Source: Candidatus Saccharimonadota bacterium (GTDB taxonomy: Bacteria > Bacteroidota > Bacteroidia > Flavobacteriales > Blattabacteriaceae). Taken from it: DNA of 21,698 bases. Under the pieces are notes generated by a model. The model was given only the letters and a program-made list of their open reading frames with translations, was not told where the DNA came from and ran no database searches. Position numbers and translations under genes: made by a program. The stretch is taken from the NCBI GenBank assembly GCA_029851245.1, contig CP099826.1, positions 151,274 to 172,971 of the forward strand, in the 5' to 3' direction. Below, in pieces: positions 1 through 9,199 of the stretch (positions are counted from its first letter, which is position 1; each line of letters opens with the position of its first letter).

Positions 1-44
1 TTTTTTATAATTTTTTTTTTTATTTTTATATTTTTATTTTCCAT
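1..44 (-). CDS. rpsI: Probable 30S ribosomal protein S9, N-terminal 14 codons only (continues past the left window edge)
   Basis: A minus-strand ATG at 44..42 lies 10 nt downstream of the rplM stop. It reads MENKNIKIKKKIIK to the window edge. The call rests mainly on the near-universal rplM-rpsI operon order; too little sequence is visible for a motif-based call. Confidence 0.3.
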   Translation of the reverse strand, partial: MENKNIKIKKKIIK

Positions 45-54
45 ATTAAAATAT

Positions 55-498
55 TTATTTAAATTTTATAATTTTATATTTTAAATTTTTAAAATTATGA
101 TTATTATTAAAAATTAAAATATTTTTTTTAGCTTTTTTACCTAATGAATTTTTAGGTAGCATTCTAAAAATAGATTTTTTAATTAAAAAACTAGAATTTT
201 TTTTATATATTGTTTTCATATAATATGTTTTTTTATTACCTATATAACCGCTATATTTATAATATTTTTTATTATTAATTTTATATTTATTAATTTTAAT
301 AAATTTTGAATTAATAATTATAACTTTATTTATAAAACTGTAATTTTTAGTATAATTATAATTTATTTTACCTATAAGAATTTTTATAATATTAGAACAA
401 AATCTTCCTAATATTTGATTAGTAGCATCTATTAAATAAGTAATTTTATTTTTATTTATATAATTTTTAGTTTTAAATAAAAAATTTAAATATTTCAT
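55..498 (-). CDS. rplM: 50S ribosomal protein L13
   Basis: 147-aa ORF. YLIDATNQILGR matches E. coli VVDATGKTLGR. YYKYSGYIGN matches YYHHTGHIGG. MLPKNSLGKKAKKNILIFNNNHN matches [24 protein letters not shown]. The length is typical for L13. Confidence 0.9.
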   Translation of the reverse strand: MKYLNFLFKTKNYINKNKITYLIDATNQILGRFCSNIIKILIGKINYNYTKNYSFINKVIIINSKFIKINKYKINNKKYYKYSGYIGNKKTYYMKTIYKKNSSFLIKKSIFRMLPKNSLGKKAKKNILIFNNNHNFKNLKYKIIKFK

Positions 499-590
499 AT
501 TTATTAATTATTATTAATAATAAATAATAATTTTTTTTTATTATAAAAAATTATTATTATTAATAATAATAATTAAATATATATATATAT

Positions 591-2543
591 ATGAATAAAA
601 TAATAGGTATAGATTTAGGTACTACAAATTCATGTGTAGCAGTAATGGAAGGAAATAATCCAGTTGTAATACCTAATTCTGAAGGTAAAAGAACTACTCC
701 ATCTATAGTAGCTTTTACTGAAAATAATATAAAAAAAATAGGTGATCCTGCTAAAAGACAAGCAGTAACTAATGCAAAAAAAACAATTTATTCAATTAAA
801 AGATTTATAGGTAGAAAATATGATGAAATTAAAGATGAAATTAAGAATTTTACTTATGTTATAAAAGAAGGAAAAAATAATACACCTTGTGTAGAAATTG
901 ATAATAAATTATATACTCCACAAGAAATTTCAGCAATGATTTTACAAAAATTAAAAAAAAATGCTGAAGATTATTTAGGAACAAAAATAGATAAAGCAGT
1001 TATTACTGTACCTGCATATTTTAATGATGCACAAAGACAAGCTACTAAAGAAGCTGGTGAAATTGCCGGTTTAAAAGTAGAAAGAATAATTAATGAACCA
1101 ACTTCAGCATCATTAGCATATGGACTAGATAAAACTAATATTAATAAAAAAATAGCAGTTTATGATTTAGGTGGCGGTACATTTGATATATCTATTTTAG
1201 AATTAGGAGATGGTGTTTTTGAAGTATTATCTACTAATGGAGATACATATTTAGGAGGTGATGATTTTGATCAAGTATTAATAGATTGGTTAACAGAAGA
1301 ATTTTATAATGAAGAAAAAATAGATTTAAAAAATGATCCTATATCACATCAAAGATTAAAAGAAGCAGCAGAAAAAGCAAAAATAGAATTATCATCAAGT
1401 TTAGAAACTGAAATTAATTTACCATATATTACTACAACAGAAGAAGGACCAAAACATTTAGTAAAAAAAATAAGTAGATCAAAATTTGAAAAATTAACAT
1501 ATAAAATTATAGAGAAAACATTATTACCATGTAAAAAAGCATTAAAAGATGCTAAATTAAGTGTAAATGATATTGATGAAATAATATTAGTAGGTGGTTC
1601 TACAAGAATTCCTAAAATACAAGAAAAAGTAGAAGAATTCTTTAATAAAAAACCTTCAAAAGGTGTAAATCCAGATGAAGTAGTAGCAATAGGAGCAGCA
1701 ATACAAGGTGGTGTATTAACAGGTGATGTAAAAGATATTTTATTATTAGATGTTACACCATTATCATTAGGAATAGAAACATTAGGAGGTGTATTTACAA
1801 AATTAATAGAAGCTAATACTACAATTCCTACTAAAAAATCAGAAATCTTTTCTACAGCAACAGATAATCAATCAACAGTAACAATAAGAGTAGGTCAAGG
1901 GGAAAGACCAATGTTTAATGATAATAAAGAAATTGGTAGATTTGATTTAATAGATATTCCATTAGCACCTAGAGGTGTACCACAAATAGAAGTTACATTT
2001 GATATCGATGCAAATGGTATATTAAATGTTTCTGCAACTGATAAAGGAACAGGTAAAAAACAATCAATTAAAATACAACCTTCTTCAGGTTTAAATAAAG
2101 AAGATATAGAAAAAATGAAAAAAGAAGCAGAAGAAAATTATGAAAAAGATAAAAAAATAAAAGAAGAAACAGAAAAATTAAATATTACTGATACATTAAT
2201 TTTCCAAACAGAAAAACAATTAGAAGAAAATAAAAATAAAATTACTAAAGAAAATATTGAAAAAGTACAAAAAATTTTAAAAAAATTAAAATCAGCTTAT
2301 ATATCAAAAGATTTTAAAGATATCGAAAAATATACAGATAAATTAAATAAAATATGGATAGAAATTTCAAAAGAAATATATTCAAATCAAAATCAAAATC
2401 CAGAACAAACAACACAACAAAATAATTCAGAAAATATAAAAGAAGATAATGAAGATAATATAAAAGATGTAAATTTTGAAGAAGTTAAAGATAATAAAAA
2501 TAAAGATGAAGAAGAAGAAAAAAATAAAAAAAAAGAAGAATAA
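591..2543 (+). CDS. dnaK: Molecular chaperone DnaK (Hsp70)
   Basis: 650 aa. Hsp70 signatures are present: [57 protein letters not shown]. The sequence is collinear along its whole length with Flavobacteriia DnaK (for example [18 protein letters not shown] and EINLPYIT...GPKHLVKK). It is visibly less AT-rich than neighbouring genes. Confidence 0.98.
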   Translation: MNKIIGIDLGTTNSCVAVMEGNNPVVIPNSEGKRTTPSIVAFTENNIKKIGDPAKRQAVTNAKKTIYSIKRFIGRKYDEIKDEIKNFTYVIKEGKNNTPCVEIDNKLYTPQEISAMILQKLKKNAEDYLGTKIDKAVITVPAYFNDAQRQATKEAGEIAGLKVERIINEPTSASLAYGLDKTNINKKIAVYDLGGGTFDISILELGDGVFEVLSTNGDTYLGGDDFDQVLIDWLTEEFYNEEKIDLKNDPISHQRLKEAAEKAKIELSSSLETEINLPYITTTEEGPKHLVKKISRSKFEKLTYKIIEKTLLPCKKALKDAKLSVNDIDEIILVGGSTRIPKIQEKVEEFFNKKPSKGVNPDEVVAIGAAIQGGVLTGDVKDILLLDVTPLSLGIETLGGVFTKLIEANTTIPTKKSEIFSTATDNQSTVTIRVGQGERPMFNDNKEIGRFDLIDIPLAPRGVPQIEVTFDIDANGILNVSATDKGTGKKQSIKIQPSSGLNKEDIEKMKKEAEENYEKDKKIKEETEKLNITDTLIFQTEKQLEENKNKITKENIEKVQKILKKLKSAYISKDFKDIEKYTDKLNKIWIEISKEIYSNQNQNPEQTTQQNNSENIKEDNEDNIKDVNFEEVKDNKNKDEEEEKNKKKEE

Positions 2544-2555
2544 TTAATTAATTTA

Positions 2556-2607
2556 ATAATAAGCTATTTATATATATTTAAAAAATATATATAAAATAGC
2601 TTATTAT
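2556..2607. terminator. Long imperfect A/T-rich hairpin between convergent dnaK and tRNA-Arg; candidate bidirectional terminator
   Basis: The left arm 2556-2579 (ATAATAAGCTATTTATATATATTT) pairs with the right arm 2583-2607 (AAATATATATAAAATAGCTTATTAT). One A is bulged at 2593, the stem is about 24 bp and the loop about 3 nt. The hairpin starts 13 nt after the dnaK stop and ends 30 nt before the 3' end of the minus-strand tRNA. Confidence 0.4.
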
Positions 2608-2636
2608 ATTATTAAATATTTATAATTTATATAATA

Positions 2637-2710
2637 TAACCTCGAAAGGATTTGAACCTTTAATCTTCTGATTCGTAATCAGATATTTTTTCCTATTAAA
2701 CTACGAGATT
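2637..2710 (-). tRNA. tRNA-Arg (anticodon ACG)
   Basis: Hand-folded cloverleaf on the reverse complement. Acceptor AATCTCG/CGAGGTT (one G-U pair). D stem GTTT/AAAT with GG in the loop. Anticodon stem TCTGA/TCAGA with loop TTACGAA, giving ACG. 5-nt variable loop. T arm AAAGG-TTCAAAT-CCTTT. Discriminator A. 74 nt, no encoded CCA. It is a local GC island. Confidence 0.9.
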
Positions 2711-2734
2711 ATTAATATTAAATAAATAAATATA

Positions 2735-3607
2735 ATGAAATTAATATATGATAAAAGAGTATTTATAATTGATTCTTATATATATATTTTTAAATCTTTT
2801 TATTATTATAGAAAATTTTATAAAAAAAATTATATATTATTAGTAATATTTAATTTAATAATAAATATTTTAATTTATAAAAAACCTACTAATATTATTT
2901 TAGTATTTGATAGTAAATTAAGAAATAATTATAAGAAAAAATTTTTTATAAATTATAAATCAACTAGAAAAAAAATATCTAAAATTATTATAAATAATAT
3001 AAAAAATATAAAAAAAAATTTAAAAAAAATAAATATTAATTATATAACATTAAAAAATTATGAAGCTGATGAAATAATTGGAAATATAGTAAAATATAAT
3101 GAAAAAAATGGTTTTATAAATTATATATATTCTGAAGATAAAGATTTATATCAATTAATAACAGAAAAAACTTTTATTATAAAAAAAAATAATAATTTAA
3201 TTAATAAAAAATATATTTTAGAAAAATATAATATTAAAAATATAAAACAATTTATATATTTAATAAGTTTAATAGGTGATAAATCTGATAATATACCAGG
3301 TATACCAAATATTGGTATAAAAACTGCTAATAAATTATTAAATAAATATAAAAGTATTAATAATATTTATAAAAATATAAATGATATTAATAATAATAAA
3401 ATTAAATATAATTTAATAAAATATAAATATTTATTATCTATTTGTATGAAATTAATAAAAATTAAAACTAATATTAAACTAAATATTAAAAATAATTTAT
3501 ATTTTAGAAAAAAAATAAAATTTATATATGTAAAAAAAATTTATTATAAAATTAAAAAAAATTTTTTTTATAAAAAATTTACAAATTTAAATATTAATTA
3601 TTTATAA
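2735..3607 (+). CDS. polA: 5'-3' exonuclease (FEN-like N-terminal domain of DNA polymerase I; no 3'-5' exonuclease or polymerase domain)
   Basis: 290 aa. Collinear motifs with the E. coli PolI N-terminus: FIIDSYIYIF (LVDGSSYLY), ILVFDSK...YKSTR (VVFDAK...YKSHR), YEADEIIGNIV (YEADDVIGTLA), SEDKDLYQLI (TGDKDMAQLV), IGDKSDNIPGIPNIGIKTANKLL ([23 protein letters not shown]). The ORF stops about where the exonuclease domain ends and overlaps the convergent tgt stop. Confidence 0.85.
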   Translation: MKLIYDKRVFIIDSYIYIFKSFYYYRKFYKKNYILLVIFNLIINILIYKKPTNIILVFDSKLRNNYKKKFFINYKSTRKKISKIIINNIKNIKKNLKKININYITLKNYEADEIIGNIVKYNEKNGFINYIYSEDKDLYQLITEKTFIIKKNNNLINKKYILEKYNIKNIKQFIYLISLIGDKSDNIPGIPNIGIKTANKLLNKYKSINNIYKNINDINNNKIKYNLIKYKYLLSICMKLIKIKTNIKLNIKNNLYFRKKIKFIYVKKIYYKIKKNFFYKKFTNLNINYL

Positions 3608-4720
3608 TTTTTTAGAAATTATAGGAATAATATTATTTTTCCATTTTTCAAAAGTATCATTTTTAATATGATATCTAGATTTTTTAATCAATGATTTGTA
3701 AAATAATAAATTATTAATTGTAGCTATTAATTTTCCTGAATATTCATTATTAATAAATAAATGTCTTAAATAAGATTTACTATATATTTTTTTATTATTA
3801 AAATTATTATAAATACTTGAATAATCATATTTCCATTTTTTATTTTTTATATTTATTATTCCTTTCCAAGTAAATAACATTCCATTTCTTCCATTTCTAG
3901 TAGGAATTACACAATCAAACATATCAATACCTAATGAAATAGAATTTAAAATATCCCATGGCATACCTATACCCATTAAATATATAGGTTTATTATAAGG
4001 TAAATTGTTTTTTACATTTTTAATAATATTATACATTTCTTCTTTAGTTTCTCCTACTTGTAATCCACCAATAGCAAAACCATCTATATTTAATTTAGAC
4101 GTTTTAATAGTATATTTAATTCTTATATCTTTATGTATACCGCCTTGTATTATACCAAATAAATATTGTTTATGTTTATATAAATTATATTTATTGAAAT
4201 AATAAATACATTCTTTTAACCAATTATATGTTCTATTAGTAGAATTTATTACATATTTTTTATCACTATTAAATTTTATACATTCATCAAAAGAGGTAAC
4301 TATATCAGAACCTATATATTTTTGTATAATTATAGATTTTTTAGGAGTAAAAAAATAATATTTTCCATTTTTATAACTTTTAATATTAGCTCCATATTTA
4401 TTAATATTATTAGGATTAGATAATGAATATACTTGAAAACCACCACTATCTGTAATAATAGGATTTTTCCAATTAATAAATTTATGTAATCCACCAACTT
4501 TATATAAAATTTTTATACCAGGATTAATATTTAAATGAAATGTATTACTTAATATTATTTCTGGATTAATTAAATCTAAATATTCTTTAGTTAAAGTTTT
4601 AATATAACCTTTAGTAGCAATAGGCATAAAAATTGGAGTATTTACTTTACCATGATCAGTTAAAAAATATCCAATTCTTGCATTAGAATTATAATTTTTA
4701 TGATAAATTTTAAAATACAT
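3602..4720 (-). CDS. tgt: Queuine tRNA-ribosyltransferase (tRNA-guanine transglycosylase)
   Basis: 372 aa. ARIGYFLTDHGKVNTPIFMPIATKG, TDSGGFQVYSL, FGIIQGG, GFAIGGLQVGE, YLMGIGMP and DMFDCVIPTRNGRNG are all canonical Tgt motifs in canonical order. Confidence 0.93.
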   Translation of the reverse strand: MYFKIYHKNYNSNARIGYFLTDHGKVNTPIFMPIATKGYIKTLTKEYLDLINPEIILSNTFHLNINPGIKILYKVGGLHKFINWKNPIITDSGGFQVYSLSNPNNINKYGANIKSYKNGKYYFFTPKKSIIIQKYIGSDIVTSFDECIKFNSDKKYVINSTNRTYNWLKECIYYFNKYNLYKHKQYLFGIIQGGIHKDIRIKYTIKTSKLNIDGFAIGGLQVGETKEEMYNIIKNVKNNLPYNKPIYLMGIGMPWDILNSISLGIDMFDCVIPTRNGRNGMLFTWKGIINIKNKKWKYDYSSIYNNFNNKKIYSKSYLRHLFINNEYSGKLIATINNLLFYKSLIKKSRYHIKNDTFEKWKNNIIPIISKKL

Positions 4721-4815
4721 ATAAATATTTAAATTATATTTATTAATTTATAATTTAATTAACTAATTTTATTGTATATATAAAATATTAAAAAAAATAA
4801 TAAATTATTGTAATT

Positions 4816-7071
4816 TTATTTTTTTAATTTAGCGTTTAATTTTAAATTAAAAATATTAATAATTTTATTTAATATATTATTAATATATTTTTTTTTATAT
4901 CCATATTTATTTTTAATAATAAAATGTAAAGTATAAGATTTTTTATTTTTATTAATATTTTTATTATAAATATCATATAAATATAATTTTATTAATTTAT
5001 TATTTAATATTTTTTTTGAAAGTTTATAAATATCAGAAAAAAATATATTTTTATTAATTATAAATGTTAAATGTTTTTCAAAAAATTGTATTTTATTAAT
5101 TTTATTATAAGTATTAATTTTATTTTTATATATTATTTTATAAATATTTTTAATATTTAATATTGTTAATATTATAAATTTATTTTTAATATTAAATAAA
5201 TTATTTAATATTCCTAATGTACAAAAGATATAATTTTTATAAATTAAATTAATTTTAATGTTAAATAATTTATTATTATAAATAATTTTTTTTTTATAAT
5301 TATAAATTCCTAATTTAGTAAAAATAATATTAATTATTTTATAAATATAAAATAATTTTTTTTTATAATTATTACTAATTAATAATATTTCAATATTTTT
5401 TTTATTAATTATTTTTTTATTTTTAATATAATATATATTACTTAATTCAAATATTTTTATTATTTTATAATTAATTTTTCTATTAATATTATATATAATA
5501 TTATTTATCATTTTAATAAATAAAGTATTTCTTAAATATTTTTTATAATTTTTAATATATATTAATTTAATATTTTTGTTTATTTTATTTTTGTTATTAA
5601 TAAAAGGAGTATTAATAATTTCAAAAAATCCATTATTTATTAATATATCTATTATAATATTTTCAATTTTATAAATAATATTAAATTTTTTATAATTATT
5701 ATTATAATTTGTAATAATTTTTATATTATTATTTTTATTTTTAATATTATTAATATTATAAAATCTTATAATATCATTAATAATATTAATTTTAGAATTT
5801 ATATTTTTTTTATTATTTATTTTTATAAAAATTTTTTTTTTATTATAATATTTAATATTATAATTTAAACTAAATAATATTTTTAATATAATTTTTAAAG
5901 ATATTTTAATACCTATTATATTATATATATTTTTAATTTTTATTTTAATAATATTAAATTTATTATATTTATTATAAAATAAAATATTTTTAATATATAT
6001 ATTTTTTTTAAATAAAATATTACTATATTTTATTAAAATATTATTATAAATATAATTATTATTTAAAATTTTAATTTTATTATTAAATAATTTAGTAATA
6101 TTATTTTTTATATTATATTTATTAAATGTATATCTTATTTTTTTAATATTATATATTGAAAATGATAATAATAAATATTTAATATTTTTATAATTTTTAT
6201 ATAAAATATTACATTTATTATTATTATTAATTATTCCTAATAAAGAAATAGGTATTTTATTATTATAAATAAAAATATCATTATATTTTTTTTTAATATT
6301 TATTATTTTATTAAAATCAGTTAAAAATTTAAAATTTTTATTATTTTGTTTAATATAAAAATTATTATTTTTAATATTATTAATTTTTAATATTTCTATA
6401 TATAAACCAGTTTCATAAAAAATAATATTTTTAATATCAACAATATTATTAATTGATAAAGAATTTAATAAAATTAATTTTTTTTGTATTCTAAAATTAG
6501 AATAAGTATAATTAATATTTTTAATTAAAAAACTATTATAATATATTAAATATTTTTTTTTAATATTTATATTAATAATATTTTTATGTAATTTTTTAAA
6601 ATTTAATTTTTTTTTTTTAAAAATTTTATAATTGTATTTATATTTTATATTTTTATATTTTAAATAAGATAATATTTCATTTGTTAAATTTAAATAATTA
6701 GATAAATAACTAATATTATGTGGAATAAAAGTTTTAATAATATAATCATAATTATTATTTATACATACTATATAATATTTATTATTAATATTTTCAATTA
6801 AAATTTTAGTAAATTTTTTAATAAATTTTTTATAATAACAATAATATATTATATTATTATAACTTATAATTTTATATTTAAAAATATTATTAATTTTATT
6901 AATAAATAATATTTTACCTAAAATTATATTTTTTTGGTATTTATATTTAATAGGAAATATTTTTTTTATATATATTATTTCAATACCAATATTATTAAAT
7001 ATTTTATATATATATTTTTTTTTAAAATTAAATTTAATATATTCTTTAATCCAACTTAATAAAAATTTCAT
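4816..7071 (-). CDS. pheT: Phenylalanine--tRNA ligase beta subunit (strongly eroded sequence)
   Basis: 751 aa. The N-terminus MKFLLSWIKEYI is typical of PheT (MKFSELWLREWV or MKISYNWLKDYI). An internal ISLLGIINNNN lies at the position of the B3/B4 AGIMGG motif. The C-terminal KKSYTLHFIIKNKYG...INNILNKIINIF...LNAKLKK resembles the FDX-ACB domain end. Size fits PheT. Confidence 0.8.
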   Translation of the reverse strand: MKFLLSWIKEYIKFNFKKKYIYKIFNNIGIEIIYIKKIFPIKYKYQKNIILGKILFINKINNIFKYKIISYNNIIYYCYYKKFIKKFTKILIENINNKYYIVCINNNYDYIIKTFIPHNISYLSNYLNLTNEILSYLKYKNIKYKYNYKIFKKKKLNFKKLHKNIININIKKKYLIYYNSFLIKNINYTYSNFRIQKKLILLNSLSINNIVDIKNIIFYETGLYIEILKINNIKNNNFYIKQNNKNFKFLTDFNKIINIKKKYNDIFIYNNKIPISLLGIINNNNKCNILYKNYKNIKYLLLSFSIYNIKKIRYTFNKYNIKNNITKLFNNKIKILNNNYIYNNILIKYSNILFKKNIYIKNILFYNKYNKFNIIKIKIKNIYNIIGIKISLKIILKILFSLNYNIKYYNKKKIFIKINNKKNINSKINIINDIIRFYNINNIKNKNNNIKIITNYNNNYKKFNIIYKIENIIIDILINNGFFEIINTPFINNKNKINKNIKLIYIKNYKKYLRNTLFIKMINNIIYNINRKINYKIIKIFELSNIYYIKNKKIINKKNIEILLISNNYKKKLFYIYKIINIIFTKLGIYNYKKKIIYNNKLFNIKINLIYKNYIFCTLGILNNLFNIKNKFIILTILNIKNIYKIIYKNKINTYNKINKIQFFEKHLTFIINKNIFFSDIYKLSKKILNNKLIKLYLYDIYNKNINKNKKSYTLHFIIKNKYGYKKKYINNILNKIINIFNLKLNAKLKK

Positions 7072-7100
7072 TTATTTATATTATAATTAATTATAATATT

Positions 7101-8267
7101 TTAATATATAATGTTAGAAATAATAATTTTTATATATTGTTTTTTATTATTTTTAATAAATATTTTATTACTATTTTTATAATAATATATATATATATAT
7201 TTATTATTAATATTAATTAATGAATATAATAAGTATTTAATATTTATTAATATTAAATAATTATTATTTATATAAAATTTTATATTAAAAATTTTTATTT
7301 TTTTAAAATAAATAATTTTATAAATATTATCTAAATAAATAATATATATATATTTTTTATTAAAATTAAAATATAAATTAATAATATTATTAAATTTATT
7401 AATAATTTTAAAAAAATTTTTAATATTATTTAATAAAATATAATTATTAATTTTAATTTTAAAAAAATATTTTTTTTTTTTAATATTTAAATAATAATAT
7501 TTATTAATATTTTTTTTATAAATTTTAAAATAAAAATTATTATTTTTATAATATATATTGATAATATTATTATAAATAATAAAATTAATATATTTAATAT
7601 TATTATTTAATATAATATTTTTTAAAATATTAAAAAAATTTTTTATAATTTTAAAAAAAAAAACTTTATTATAATTATAAGATTTATAATTATTAATAAT
7701 TATTTTTTTTTTAATTATAAAATAATTATTATCAGTAAAATAAAATTTAATAATATTATTAAATATTTCAAAATATATATATTTAATATTATAAAAATTA
7801 AATATTATATTAATAATATTAAATATTTTTTTTTTTTTTATTTTAAAATAAAGAATTTTATTATTTAAAATAAATTTTATAATTTTTTTTTTATAATTTA
7901 AAATTTTTATTTTATAATATTCAGAATTTTTATTATTATAAATATTTATATATTTATAATTGTTAATAGTAAAAAAAAAATTTTTTTTATATTTAAAAAA
8001 TTTTGAAATTATTAAATAAATAATTTTAAAATTATTTAAATAAAAAATATATTTTTTATTAAAATAATTATTAATTTTAATATGAGAAATAATAAAATAA
8101 TTTTTTTTAATAATTAAAAAATATAAATAATTTTTATAAATAATTAAAAAATTATTATATTTTTTATTAATTATATTGATATCATTCTTTTTAATTAAAA
8201 ATTTAAAAAATAATAAAAAATATTTAATATATATATTATTAATATTAATATTAAATTTAAATTTCAT
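7101..8267 (-). CDS. dnaN: Probable DNA polymerase III beta subunit (sliding clamp), extremely diverged
   Basis: 388 aa (clamps are about 365-380 aa). It starts MKFKF as many DnaN do (MKFTV or MKFIV). IKYIYFEIFNNIIKFYFTDNNYFII at about residues 160-185 lines up with E. coli RYYLNGMLFE...LRTVATDGHRLAV. INIKYLLYSLININNKYIYIYY near the C-terminus lines up with FNVSYVLDVLNALKCENVRMML. This is a by-eye alignment in a low-complexity protein. Confidence 0.5.
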   Translation of the reverse strand: MKFKFNININNIYIKYFLLFFKFLIKKNDINIINKKYNNFLIIYKNYLYFLIIKKNYFIISHIKINNYFNKKYIFYLNNFKIIYLIISKFFKYKKNFFFTINNYKYINIYNNKNSEYYKIKILNYKKKIIKFILNNKILYFKIKKKKIFNIINIIFNFYNIKYIYFEIFNNIIKFYFTDNNYFIIKKKIIINNYKSYNYNKVFFFKIIKNFFNILKNIILNNNIKYINFIIYNNIINIYYKNNNFYFKIYKKNINKYYYLNIKKKKYFFKIKINNYILLNNIKNFFKIINKFNNIINLYFNFNKKYIYIIYLDNIYKIIYFKKIKIFNIKFYINNNYLILINIKYLLYSLININNKYIYIYYYKNSNKIFIKNNKKQYIKIIISNIIY

Positions 8268-8325
8268 ATATAATATATTATATATATTATAATATTAATT
8301 TATATTAATAATATAAATAATATTT

Positions 8326-8400
8326 GGTTTGGTAGTTCAAATAGGTAAGAATACGTGCCTGTCACGCACGAGGTTACGGGTTCAAATCCCGTCCAAACCG
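8326..8400 (+). tRNA. tRNA-Asp (anticodon GUC)
   Basis: Hand-folded cloverleaf. Acceptor GGTTTGG/CCAAACC. D stem GTTC/GAAT. Anticodon stem CGTGC/GCACG with loop CTGTCAC, giving GTC. Variable loop AGGTT. T arm ACGGG-TTCAAAT-CCCGT. Discriminator G. 75 nt. It is a strong GC island in AT-rich surroundings. Confidence 0.93.
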
Positions 8401-8431
8401 TAAAATTAATATATTAAATAAAAATTAAAAA

Positions 8432-9199
8432 ATGTATAAAAAAATATTAATATTAATATATACTATACATGTATTAGAAAAAAAAATTAATAATATAAAT
8501 AATTATATAAATTTTAAAAGTAATAAAATTTTTAATAAATTAGAAAAAAATTTATTATTAAAAGTAAAATTTATAAATAAAGTAAAATTAATAATTAATA
8601 AATATTTAAAATTAATAAATTTAAATAAAAATAAAAAAAATATATGTAAAAAAGCAAATAATATATATTATTTAAAATTTAAGTTAAAAAAAAATAAAAA
8701 TAAAAAATATATTATATATGAAAAAATAAAATATTTAAATATTAAAATTAAATTTTATTTAAAAAATATTAAGACTTATAGAAAAAAAATAAAAAAATTT
8801 AAAAAAAGATATTATATATGTAAAAAAAATATATATAATAATTATTTATTTTTAAAATATTTAAAAAATAAAGATATAAAATATATAAATTATTTAAAAA
8901 TAAAATTAAATAAAATAAATATTATATTAAAATATTTTAAAAAAAAAGTAAAAAATAATAAAATATATAAAAAATATAAATTATTAAAAAATAATACTAA
9001 AGATAATATTGGAGTAGTATCAGTATATAAAAATATGGCATTAAAAAATACTTATTTAATATTACCTATACAAATATATTTAAATTTATTTAAATATAAT
9101 AAAATATATTATGATGATTATACAGGTAAAATAATTATAAATGATAGAATTTCTAATTATGTAAATATAAAAATTAATAAATTATTAAAAAATATTTAA
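8432..9199 (+). CDS. Hypothetical lysine-rich protein (orphan; function not assignable by eye)
   Basis: A 255-codon open frame is very unlikely by chance at this AT content, where stop codons are frequent. The short N-terminus is hydrophobic (MYKKILILIYTIHVL). A long K/N/I/L heptad-like middle follows. The C-terminal block is more complex (NIGVVSVYKNMALKNTYLILPIQ...YYDDYTGKIIINDRISNYVNIKINK). No catalytic motif was recognised. Confidence 0.5.
   Translation: MYKKILILIYTIHVLEKKINNINNYINFKSNKIFNKLEKNLLLKVKFINKVKLIINKYLKLINLNKNKKNICKKANNIYYLKFKLKKNKNKKYIIYEKIKYLNIKIKFYLKNIKTYRKKIKKFKKRYYICKKNIYNNYLFLKYLKNKDIKYINYLKIKLNKINIILKYFKKKVKNNKIYKKYKLLKNNTKDNIGVVSVYKNMALKNTYLILPIQIYLNLFKYNKIYYDDYTGKIIINDRISNYVNIKINKLLKNI

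Noticed and set aside
499-590. A/T palindromes (TTATTATTAATAATAA occurs twice) and an (AT)n run in the divergent rplM-dnaK spacer, considered as a heat-shock operator or promoter element
   Set aside because: There is no CIRCE-like TTAGCACTC-N9-GAGTGCTAA, no sigma-32-type motif, and no Bacteroidota TAnnTTTG -7 box. Pure A/T palindromes and AT dinucleotide runs are expected by chance at this composition. The divergent promoters are probably here, but I cannot locate them.
2401-2543. DnaK C-terminal N/Q/E/K-rich tail extending past the usual FEEVK end ([17 protein letters not shown]) and the small aatcaa repeat encoding NQNQN
   Set aside because: DnaK C-terminal tails are naturally variable, low-complexity and disordered. 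The extension is short and consistent with AT-driven drift rather than a new domain.
4005-4202. 65-aa plus-strand ORF in the track
   Set aside because: It lies entirely inside, and antisense to, the well-supported tgt gene. It has no recognisable motif. The most conserved, less AT-rich part of tgt happens to lack stops on the opposite strand.
7971-7988. A10 followed by T8 palindromic homopolymer junction inside the putative dnaN
   Set aside because: It is within coding sequence (encoding K/F runs on the minus strand). It is one of many homopolymer runs, with nothing to suggest a specific site. It is covered by the general poly(A) finding.
8268-8325. Possible replication origin next to the putative dnaN
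   Set aside because: No DnaA-box-like TTATCCACA or variants are present, nor any repeated 9-mers. The spacer is only 58 nt of A/T. dnaN is not reliably origin-linked in Bacteroidota, and many reduced symbionts lack dnaA.
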